Part shown: piece after piece, positions 12,701-22,062 of the stretch | Layout of the letters: every line of letters starts with the position of its first letter | Position numbering within the stretch: the stretch's first letter is position 1 | Origin: Amphiscolops sp. MND2022 | Lineage: Eukaryota | DNA: 64,000 nt | Assembly: GCA_964187785.1 (NCBI GenBank) | Contig: OZ076409.1 | Span: forward strand, 14,820,001-14,884,000 | Direction of reading: 5' to 3' | Program-made: the position numbers and the translations under genes | The notes under the pieces: model-generated | Database searches by the model: none | What the model was told of the DNA's origin: nothing | What the model saw: only the letters and a program-made list of their open reading frames with translations

Positions 12701-15700
12701 CTGGATCGCAATATATGAACGTCAAATTCATATTGCCCACATCTAATTTGGTGGAAAGATTCTTCAGTTCGGCTACATATTCATTCGGTGATTTGCGTCA
12801 AAGTCTGCTACCAATGAATTTGGAGATGCAACTTTTCCTGAAGATAAATCAAAGATTTTGGAACGAACAAATTGTTGCATCAATTGTTGCTTGAATTCAT
12901 TATTGTGATTACTATTTGTGTTGTTATTTAGTAGAGTAGAGATACAATTAATTGCAATTAATTGCAGTTAATTAATTTTTCAGAAGAGCAATTAAAATTA
13001 ATTGATTTTCATCGTTGAAGTGGCAGCAATTAATTGCAATTAATTTTTGGGCACCCCTGTTTAGAATAGTTGATATATTTCAATAATTTGAATTCACCAT
13101 GGCCCTTGATTTTAAATTCGGAGCTATGAATAGTCACATAAATTTGTTTAGTCTCATAAAAAATTTTGTTAAGTCTCATAGTGCCAAAAAATCTGAAAAA
13201 AGGACCATTTGGGATTTTTTAACAATCGTTCTGCTGCAAAATATCGAACAAATTATAGGGAGGATCCTTTGGGGACATTGGAAAATTTTCGAAAAAGTCT
13301 CACAAAGCCTAAAGGGGGTCTCATAGAAATGGGCGTCTCATAGTGCTGAAAAAAGTTATAACCTTCTGCTTCGGAATACTTGTAAAAAAATTAGCGCATA
13401 CGCACGGGTTCGAACACGAACCCTCTGGGTTGAAAAGCAAGCGTCTTACCACCAGATGACACGCTGCGGTTACTACAAGACACCGCACGAGGTAAAGAAA
13501 TTCTGAAGAAAGGAACGCTGGAATGCGGCGACGGACTGACAAAACCAAAATGAAAGCCCAGTATCAGACCTTTCAAGCGCTATAATTCATTACTCTGTAT
13601 ACGTTAATACTCTATAATTTACTCTATAATTCATTACTCTGTATACGTTAGTTGGAAAGATACTGGAAGTTTTCGAAAATTCGCAAAAACGCCTAGGCAA
13701 TTATGGTTACAACCACTGGTTCCAATAATTGATCAACAATGTGCGTCAAAATAATCACTCTTGTCGTCCCATTGACTAGGTTTAATTTCTTGTCGACATA
13801 ATGCATCACTTCCGCTTCTTAGGCCAGTATGCGTACCCTTAATTTCTGATCTGACGAAACCTTTTGTTTGCATATTTACTAATTTAATAAAAGCGGAGGA
13901 CTAATTTATAAAATCAAACAATGAATCACAAAGTAAATGCTCGTCTGTTATATTGCTAGTCATCAAATTATTGAGGGCCTCGTTGATGCCAGGTTAAAAT
14001 GAAAGCCTATCCTTAAAAATTACTGAAATTGGTACTCAAAATGGAATGCATAGTGCTTAGTACTGGTGAATTACAAATTTTTTTCAACAGTGGGATTCGC
14101 TCACTCTGATCTTCGCAAAGGCTTGGAGTTCAGGAAGTTGAAAAACTTACTTTTGTGATGAGATATTTTCATGATATTGAGTAAATTAATTGTTTCACGC
14201 TTGCTTTTCTGTTTTTATTAGAAGGAATTTTATACTTTGTAAAACGTTTTTGTTTGAAATTAATTTGAAATATAGAACGGTCAACCCTGTGAGTGAAGTG
14301 GTAACGTACTTTCCGAAGCAATTGACAGCTATGTGAGTGGTGTTGTTGATGTGTCTGAGCCTGTCTTTGCCCTTCTGCGGCACTCTTGTCGTGTTGAATG
14401 CCCTCACGTACTGGGCACTACAAAGAGGCCGAGTCTCTCGGAGCAGAAGTGGCGGAAGAGTTTCACGCTCAATCATTCTTCGGAATCGCAACAAACCGTG
14501 GACCAAATTGGCCGCCCGAGCAGCTGGTTTGACCTAAATTCGACAACAAACTTTAGATTCAGAAAATATCTGGTCAGACGAATGAAAATAATCAGCAATT
14601 GATGAGCGCTTGGTTCATACTTCGCGATCATGAAATACACTTAATTCGTGAAGTACAATGGCATATTGTAGTTACCTTGAACAAGGAGCATTACATAGAA
14701 AGCTAATCCAAACGGTGAAATTGACGAAAAAATGTGTAAAATTTAAAAGCAGCACGACGAAAGTTTACAACAACCCGTCAACAAAAATCATACAATAAAA
14801 TGATGTTTCTAAAGAATAATTTGACCACTCTACTACTAGGGGCACGAATAATGTCTAAAAAGTGTTTCGGGAATAACTTGTAAAGGAATAACGTCTAAAA
14901 TTCCGTGTATTAAGATTGGGAATGAGCATGACTTGGCATTAGACGTTGGCATTCCTGCTCCCCGAGAAATAACTTACTTTTCCTTCGATTGGATACAGCA
15001 AATTATCCAAGCCGTAGAAACTGGACGAGAAGCCGAGTGGTTGTCTGTTGGACAGGTAGATGTACTCCTCCCACCAATCAGTGACCCAGTTAGAGGACCA
15101 CCAACTCTTCAATGTCAAGTAGAACTGCAAGCGACGTCCGATTCCCTTCTCAAACTCTTCAGACAACTTCACCCAGTTCTCGAATTTTTCGTCGTCACAA
15201 ATGGGACGCACGCTTTTCAAGTGTCTACGCAAAGTCTCTTTCAGTGAAGGAAGCGGCAGTTTGGGCAGGGCATTTTGGAATGAGTACAGCATGTAATCAG
15301 AACCAGCCCACAGTCGCACTACTGTGGCCCAAATTGCAGTTCGCTTGGATATTCGCCCAGGAGGCTCGAAGAGGAATCCTTTATACTTCAAAAGAAACGA
15401 CAAGCCAACGCGAGAAATCAAGACGATCGACAACCATACAATACTTGTGATGATGAGGCTAGCCAAGTAGAAATCCAAAGGAGGGTCCAAAGTTGAACTA
15501 AAATCAAGAGATGATTAATTTTATATACGTACTATACATTTCATCAAAAACCAGGTATTCAGAACTTTTGATAACCTGAAGTATGAGGAAACAGTTCGAT
15601 TGATTTGATATGCAAACGGAAGATCCGCGAATTGCAACGCTAGAATAATGAAGAAAGCCAGAATCCAACTAGCCCATGTGGCTGGATATACTCCAGTAAC

Positions 15701-15850
15701 AATGCGTCGATGCAGCCAAATCAATGATTTCCGCCAGGAACGCAGACCGGACATGAACACAGCCGTCAGGGCATTGTTGTCAATGTGGAAATTGACCCCT
15801 TCAGGAGTGACGATGAATTGAAAAGCAACAGCTGGTTGGGCTTCAGCCAT
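3475..15850 (-). CDS. CPT1: Carnitine O-palmitoyltransferase 1; join of 15850-15576, 15497-14978, 14533-14310, 9637-9351, 7031-6837, 4793-4285, 3768-3475 (2304 nt, 767 aa plus stop)
   Basis: N-terminus [12 protein letters not shown], two hydrophobic segments, [35 protein letters not shown], catalytic [68 protein letters not shown]. All six intron phases match. Confidence 0.96.
4285..4793 (-). CDS. CPT1: CPT1 coding exon 6
   Basis: Acceptor TTGCAG|AC; YEASMTR, GVDRHLF; donor AAG|GTGAGA. Confidence 0.92.
5660..6360. repeat. Tandem array of four diverged units of about 175-195 bp in CPT1 intron 5
   Basis: GAATGTTGAAAA and flanking blocks recur near 5754, 5928, 6103 and 6298. Confidence 0.85.
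6837..7031 (-). CDS. CPT1: CPT1 coding exon 5 (catalytic His); ends at a probable GC donor
   Basis: Acceptor [22 protein letters not shown]. The only nearby phase-1 donor giving GYTLDGH is G|GCATGT. Confidence 0.85.
7385..7530. repeat. Dispersed repeat; an inverted relative lies at about 13535-13695
   Basis: ATCTTTCCAACTA...AATGAATTAT...TTGAAAGGTCTGATA.TGGGCTTT is the reverse complement of the 13550-13660 block. Confidence 0.75.
9351..9637 (-). CDS. CPT1: CPT1 coding exon 4
   Basis: Acceptor [20 protein letters not shown]; donor G|GTAAGT, phase 1. Confidence 0.92.
10486..11733. mobile_element. Non-autonomous hAT-type DNA transposon
   Basis: TIRs CAGGGATGTAAAAT / ATTTTACACCCCTG (13 of 14 match); 8-bp TSD GATGCAGG at 10478-10485 and 11734-11741; no recognisable ORF. 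Confidence 0.9.
11857..13059 (+). mobile_element. Internally deleted hAT transposon
   Basis: TIRs CAGGGCTGCCCAAAAATTAATTG / CAATTAATTTTTGGGCACCCCTG; 8-bp TSD TTTAGAAT at 11849-11856 and 13060-13067; subterminal CAATTAATTG repeats. Confidence 0.95.
12136..12894 (+). CDS. Truncated hAT transposase: BED zinc finger fused in frame to the C-terminal dimerisation region, catalytic core missing
   Basis: WKCSCGK...[14 protein letters not shown] (BED); [21 protein letters not shown]...[18 protein letters not shown] (hAT C-terminus); only 252 aa. Confidence 0.85.
   Translation: MPASKDIVMRYFVQEADNLWKCSCGKVLSQKKNTGFTNLFNHIKSQHPEYASSGSQPSISSCFALAPSSCKKGDNIYAWIRWICVGMKPFEFVEDPLTREFSRLQPISVTTLKKYMDLLTREVKKKISPDFEAAIIKIINDSENELSDNEKEAVILLKLPNSNLPTDTNSETSIDFAATLLKKRKIEKAGSQYMNVKFILPTSNLVERFFSSATYSFGDLRQSLLPMNLEMQLFLKINQRFWNEQIVASIVA
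13394..13467 (-). repeat. tRNA-derived sequence (SINE head or tRNA pseudogene) embedded in a repeat
   Basis: A-box-like TGGTGGTAAGACGC and B-box GTTCGAACCC at tRNA spacing; the acceptor and anticodon stems pair poorly. Confidence 0.6.
14310..14533 (-). CDS. CPT1: CPT1 coding exon 3
   Basis: Acceptor [20 protein letters not shown]...FNTTRVP; donor AA|GTACGT, phase 2. Confidence 0.92.
14978..15497 (-). CDS. CPT1: CPT1 coding exon 2
   Basis: Acceptor TTTTAG|T; donor AAA|GTAAGT, phase 0; contains LPKLPLP and WWEEYIYL. Confidence 0.92.
15576..15850 (-). CDS. CPT1: CPT1 coding exon 1
   Basis: ATG at 15850; donor AG|GTTATC, phase 2. Confidence 0.9.
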
Positions 15851-17567
15851 CTTGATTTCAAAGACAGCTGAATTGAAGAATCAAAACTGTCTAAAATCGA
15901 TCAAATTGCAGAAATCTGTTAAGTAGCTTTAAATAGGTATAACAACCGAATTTCACTGAACATCAACTGAAATGATGATGAAAGTACTCTAGTGCTTCAA
16001 GAATTTAATATCGCCCTTCTAAACTATCGTATGTTCACAAAGAGTTCTATATGACCCAATAGACAAATCTTCTGATCGAGACGTACTTCGGACTGAGACA
16101 TTTCATCTAATCGTGATTGGTTACTATATTTGCAATTAAAACTATGCCAAAAGGCAAAGTCCAAGGACTAGAATTCAAAGTTCATGAGATTAAGATCAGG
16201 TCTTGCTCAATTTTCATTGATGATTGTTGACTACGTACTATTATCCTGTCAATTTAAGTAACATGATTACAAAGAGTTTACACAAATAGGAGGATGATAG
16301 AACAGAGGAGATAATGATGGCCCAGTTCCCATAAAACTTGCATTTTGACCTTTGCAAGGACTATCGTACAATTTATTTTTACGTACTAACTACGGCTTAT
16401 TATAGATGTTAAATTATACATAGATGCTTGAACTGTATTACAGTTGCATGATCGAATAATTTCTTTTCAGACTGAAAAAAATACGAAGTGAAAAGCCGAA
16501 AAACCAAAAAAACGGTGACAAGATCTATTGCAATCGAAAGATTACCATCTTCGTGGACTGCGCAAGAACAATTTGACTAAAAATGTGGCCTAATTGACCA
16601 TTTGTGGCCAAGGAAAAGCTAATTGACCATTTCATAGTTATCACAACAGAGGTGTAGTTTGTAGCAAATTAAATCAGTGCCGTTTTTGCGAGGAAATTTT
16701 CTCAAAAAATACCACTTCTGGCTTCGGATCTGGGAAGAATCAAGTAGACAGCCCTTAGATTATGGACTCGGGCACTTAAGAGAGTTAGACTAGCTGCTAA
16801 GAGAACAAATTGTAAAAATATACGCTGGTCCCATTGACTACCACTAAACGAAGCTCAACAGACTCCCAGCAGCTTCTTTCATGGCAAGAAAAATTTCACT
16901 TTTTTAGCACCGAGTGCACACGGTCCGTATTACTATCATTTTGATAGGAAATGTTTTTGAAAACATCCTAGCTTACGCAGCGATATTCAAAGTAGACTAC
17001 CGTCAGAGGTGGGCAATTATTTATTGCAATTGTTCGAAAAAACAGGCCCAATTGATTTTTCCTCTCTCAACGATAAACCGCCTGGGAAAACAGCGGCTAT
17101 CCACAAGTCCGAAAATAAATTCGGGTTGCACAAGTCCGAAACAATACTTATATCTGTTGAATGGCTCGGTCGCTTCGCTATCTTCGCCAAGTAGCAACAT
17201 TGAGGGGCTTCAAGTCATATTGCTTAATGCCATATTGCTTAAAAATCGACCATGTACGAATTGCTTAAAATTTTTTAAGCAATATGGACATCATTTTAAG
17301 CAATATGGACATCATTTTAAGCAACATGGACATCATTTTAAGCAATATGGACCTAGTACAGTACAATATGGACCTTAGGTCTATAATGATCTAATAGGTC
17401 TTATGATCTAATATGTGTTCTGAGTATGATATGTGTCGTATGGAATTAGATTTAACGGTAGGTCTAGATTTCAGATCTAATTTTATCTAAAATACTTAGG
17501 TCTAACGCCTTTATGATCTAATATGTGTTCTGAAAGCGAAAATATAATGTGGGGCATATGCGACGTA

Positions 17568-18400
17568 CAGGGTTGTCAGTTCAATTACGTTTTTTCTGAA
17601 AATAATTGATCAATTACAAATTTGCCAATTGGAATTGATTTTTTTCAGGGAATTGGAATTGGAATTGAAACGTTTAATTTCAATTGGAATTGGAATTGAA
17701 ATGTTTTTGAGTGATTGGAATTGAAATTCATAAAAATAATTACCGAGAAAGCCTTTTAAGGACAATAAAACAACATCGGGTGGCTGTAAATAGGTCGAAT
17801 TTTTCTGGTCGAAAGGACAGAGGTCGAACCTTTTGATCGAATTGCAGAGATCGAATGGAATGCGGTCGAATTTTATCGTATTTGTTGTATGGCTCGGTCG
17901 CTTCGCTCCCTTCGCCAAGTAGCAACATTGAGGCATGGCCATAATGGCACGTCGCTCCGCTTCGCTTCGCTCCTGCATTTAGGGCACTAGGGGTATGTGA
18001 ACATATCTGACTACGTTATAAAAATTTCGATCCGAGTTGTTTCGATCCCATTCAAAAATCAGAGTATGTCGACCTGAGGACTAACTCTGATTTTCGATCC
18101 CGTTACTTCGACCTATTTCCGCCCACCCAACAACATCAAGTAATAAGGTTGAAACAATTAAGAAATGAGTTGCAATTTATTAACCTAATTTCGAACTTTA
18201 ATATTGCGAAAAATCTCTGAAATTTGGTTGGAATTGGAATTGGAATTGAAAATTTTGCCGCATAATTGGAATTGGAATTGGTTTTATTTTTTGTAATTGG
18301 AATTGGAATTGAAAATCTCGAAAAAGCGTAATTGGAATTGGAATTGAAGACGCTTAATTGGAATTGGAATTGATAATTGGAATTGGAATTGACAACCCTG
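17568..18400. mobile_element. hAT-type MITE with (GGAATT)n subterminal repeats
   Basis: TIRs CAGGGTTGTCA / TGACAACCCTG; 8-bp TSD GCGACGTA at 17560-17567 and 18401-18408. Confidence 0.92.
17778..18128. mobile_element. Mutator-like MITE, copy 1
   Basis: TIRs GGGTGGCTGTAAATAGGTCGAA / TTCGACCTATTTCCGCCCACCC; 9-bp TSD AACAACATC. Confidence 0.9.
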
Positions 18401-18523
18401 GCGACGTATGCACGCTCGCCCTCACCGTCGCAAAGACCAGCTCCCACTACGATCGCTTCGCGATCTCCGTTCCCGCTAGGTCTTTGCTCCTGTTCGACCT
18501 CGCTTAGCAAGATGGGAATATAA

Positions 18524-18550
18524 GCGGCCCCAAGGGCCGCGGGCCACTAG
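18524..18550 (+). mobile_element. Helitron-like 3' terminus (GC hairpin followed by CTAG)
   Basis: GCGGCCC-CAA-GGGCCGC then GGGCCACTAG. The next base is A rather than the usual T, and the 5' end (about 17370?) is uncertain. Confidence 0.55.
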
Positions 18551-18887
18551 AGAAAATGGGGACATATCCGAGGCACGTGTTATAAGTGTCACTTAGATCC
18601 GACGCATTACTCGATTCATCACTCATTACTCAATGTGAAAACACATCCATATTGCTTAAAAATTATTAAGCAATATGTCCACAAAATTAAGCAATATGGC
18701 ATTATCCATATTGCTTAAAAATTATTAATCAATATGTCCACAAAATTAAGCAATATTGCATTAAGCAATATGGAATTAAGCAATATGTCTTGTACCCCCA
18801 TTGAGGCATGGCCATATGGCATGTCGCTCCTCTTCACTCCTCCATTTAGGGCACTAGGAGTATGTGAACATTGCTGACTAGAAATTG

Positions 18888-19440
18888 AACAAGACGGGAA
18901 CGCCTCAAGTCGGCGCTATATCTAAGGCTCAAATAAAATCGGGGTGGGCGGAAGTAGGTCGAAGGAACGGGATCGAAAATCAGAGTTAGTCCTCAGGTCG
19001 GCATACCAAATTTTTGAATGGGATCGAAACAACTCGGATCGAAATTTTTATAACGTAGTCAGATATGTTCACATACCCCTAGTGCCCTGAAAGCAGGAGC
19101 GAAGCGAAGCGGAGCGACGTGCCATATGGCCATGCCTCAATATTGCTATTTGGCGAAGGGAGCGAAGCGACCGAGCCATACAACAAAGACGATAAAATTC
19201 GACCGCATTCTATTCGATCCCTGCAATTCGATCAAAAGGTTCGACCTCTGTCCTTCCGACCAGAAAAATCCGACCTATTTACAGCCACCCATAAAATCGA
19301 AGGGGGACCCTTTCGAGGCAAAAAAATTCAAGAAAAAGTCGCAGTGCCGAAAAAATCGGGAGGGGGGAACCTTTACGCTCATCCGGTTTTGTAGGCTACG
19401 TTTAAAAAGTTAAAGCAAAAGGGGGACCCTTTGGAATAAC
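18888..19440 (+). mobile_element. Non-coding interspersed repeat starting AACAAG (possibly Helentron-associated / DINE-like), interrupted by a Mutator-like MITE
   Basis: AACAAGACGGGAACG...AAGTCGGCGCTATATCTAAGGCTCAA, with an inverted relative at 47036-47082; internal GGGGGACCCTTT units. Confidence 0.6.
18942..19290. mobile_element. Mutator-like MITE, copy 2, inverted relative to copy 1
   Basis: Reverse complement of 17778-18128 with scattered mismatches; its own 9-bp TSD ATAAAATCG. Confidence 0.92.
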
Positions 19441-19539
19441 CTGGATGCGTTTCCGAGAATTCGTTCATTGCAGGCCTGGTATTATTTTCCTTTTGGGTCT
19501 GCGTAATGCAATTCATACGTTTCACAACACCAAAAATGA

Positions 19540-20300
19540 CCGTATCCAATAGTCAACTTATAGTTGCCGGTTCCAATATAAAACTTAAGAATGAAGTAAA
19601 GTATTTAGGCATTATCATCGACAATAAACTAACTTTCGAAACTCAAGTTAAAAGTGTGCATAAAAAATGGCCCCTGGCATAAAAGCAATTCAAACAATTC
19701 GCAACAACCTTTACAAAAATTGTGTTAAAGTGCTGCTTCATGCTCTTGTCCTAAGTCATTTTGAATAAGATAACCTTCTTTTAACGGACATCAGTAGTGC
19801 TCTTTCACTTTCTTTGGAGAAACAACTGGATTGGGCTCTTAAAACCGTTTTCTACAGATCTAGAAACAAATGCTCAACCTCTTAGAGAACATCTGAAGAA
19901 ATACTATGTATGAAACAAAGAATTGACAGAAAATCGTTTGACTTATAATTTTCGATTCTCAAAAACGAAAGGTCAGCTTTTCAGAATCATCTTAAACTCC
20001 CAACAATGAGTTTTCGAAATAATGAACGAAACAAAAAAATAATACTGAAAGAGCCTGGTTCAAGTAAGTTTCTTCATGGATCCTTCTTTCATATCTCAGC
20101 GAAAAGTTGGAAATACTTACGCACTGAATTGAAAACAATCAAAGACAAGAGAGAAAAATGGAAGAAACTTATCAAAGAACACATGCTACTGCTTTACAAA
20201 GAATGTCCAACTTTTTATAAGAACCATATGTGGTTTGGCTTCCAACTTCTGCAATAGTTCAAAAGTGCTACTAATTTCAATTTCATTTTTATTTATTACG
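19540..20300 (+). mobile_element. 5'-truncated, decayed LINE 3' end (post-RT region)
   Basis: Translates as NEVKYLGIIIDNKLTFETQVKSV and LHALVLSHFE, typical of the LINE ORF2 C-terminal region. Confidence 0.75.
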
Positions 20301-20389
20301 CCTACTGAACCAAATAAGTTGTTTCTTTTTATAAGGGTATAGTAATTAGACGTCTTTCTCTTTTATTACCGGGAAAAATTCCGACGACT

Positions 20390-20670
20390 ACGAGCGCATT
20401 CATGCATGAAAAGCTACAGAAATTGGAAACCACTATCCCCACCAATCAAACACGAAATGACAGTTACGCAGACAGATCAAAGCAAAACATTAACAATGGT
20501 CCGACAACAAAAGTTCCACAAAAGTCTTGGAATGCTGAAAACTGTTCCGGAGTCAACAGAATCAAAGATTACAAGCTGGCCAAGAACTCAACCAGAATCA
20601 AAACAGAGATTAGCAGTCGCTTTCCGAGAATAAATTTTCTCCACACCATGATATATATATTGAAATTTGC
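20390..20670 (+). pseudogene. LINE ORF1 fragment
   Basis: SYADRSK...KNSTRIKTEISSRFPRINFLH resembles NYSDEVK...RDSIEIKKALASIYPNEKLLY in the 25822-26316 ORF1. Confidence 0.45.
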
Positions 20671-22062
20671 TCAGAAATTTTGAGCACGTTAGTCCTAATT
20701 CCATAAGTTCTATTCTTTAGTCCGATTTCCATTTCCCCAATTCCTTTTAACTTCATTGAATGTAAGATGTAGTTGACAATGGTTTTGCAGTCTTCAGGGT
20801 TTAGGAGATTCAATGAGTCATGCCAAAAAGAAATGTTCTGCATCTCTTCACTCTTGCCACTACGACGACACATCGGAAACTCCGCCTGCCAATTTGTCCA
20901 AGCGTAATCGGCAAAAACGAAAGAAATGCCGATCAGCATTTCACCTATTTTGATGGCTTCATAACTTTGGAGGTTGAAAAGGGGCGATATAGTGTTACAA
21001 GTTGGTGATATTTCGATGCAACATTTCAGAAACGACTTGTTGTCATTACTTTTCCACTTGAGGTTTCAAAGATGGTTAATGAAGAGGCTGACATCTTGTT
21101 GTTTATATCTCGTACAAATTTGAATTATCAAAAACTTTCCGATTCCAATAACATGACTCTCGAGGAGGTCAGCAACACTGCCCGGGAAAGATGAAGATGC
21201 ATCTTGGGTCCAATGTAGAAAATCGTCTTCTAGTTTGAGCTTCATGAGAAGTTTGACGTTGATGGCTGTACTCAGAAGATCAAGAGGCGGCGTTCCTAGC
21301 AGTAGCTGACATGAGTCGATATTCGGCAAAAATCCGTAACTAAAAATTGTCCTTATGAAATTGTTCTGTACTGCTGTGACGTATTCGAGGCGTTTCTCAA
21401 GCCAAATTGGTGCTGCATAAAAAAGTGAGTGTAAGATGGTAGTTTTGTACAACAGAACTAGCGTTGACACTGCAAGGCTCCATTTTCCATTGCATAACGA
21501 CTTGATCCTATTCCAATTTCGCTTTGCTTTCTCGATTGTTTTAGTAACATGATCCCGGTAGTTGAGCTTGCTATCGATAAATACTCCGAGAGACTTTGTT
21601 GTTTTTATTCTAACTTGACATGTATCACCATTGAGGGACGGGAGTTCGAAGTCATTCTCTTCGCAATTGAATAGATTAATTCAGTTTTTCCTCCGTTCAC
21701 TAACGTCCTTCAATCTTCACGCCGCTTCTCAATGTCAGAACAAGTTTTTTGAAGGATTGCAGATAAAACTGACGGATCTTTGCCACTGACAATGAGAGAA
21801 CTATCGTCTGCAAACGTGAATTTTTGTGCTTGATTACTGAGGAAGTCGTTTAAGAAGATGATGAAGAGCAATGTCGACAACACACCTCCATGTGGAACGC
21901 CAATGTCAATCTGGAACTTCGCCGATTGGTATCCATTCAGTTCGATGGAAACGACTCTGGTTTTTAAAAACGATTTTATTATCTGATACATTTTGCCAGA
22001 TATATTGTGTTCCAACAGTTTAAAGAGAAGACAGTCCAACCACACGCTATCGAACGCCTTTT
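20671..22062 (-). mobile_element. Duplicated 1.39-kb RT/C-terminal segment of the adjacent LINE
   Basis: Near-identical to 22203-23592 (offset about 1530); KAFDSVW, GVPHGGVLS, FADD. Confidence 0.92.

Larger units (their letters stand above)
17205..18798. mobile_element. TIR element with TTAAGCAATATG subterminal repeats, holding nested insertions
   Basis: Ends GGGCTTCAAGTCATATTGCTTAA and TTAAGCAATATGTCTTGTACCCC; flanked by CATTGAG(G) on both sides. It splits a module that is intact at 17889-18012. Confidence 0.75.

Noticed and set aside
13394..13467. Functional tRNA gene
   Set aside because: Has A and B boxes, but the acceptor and anticodon stems do not pair well; it sits within a repeat.
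16914..19413. ORFs with QYGHHFK, NSNSN or IPIPI repeats
   Set aside because: Translations of MITE subterminal repeats.
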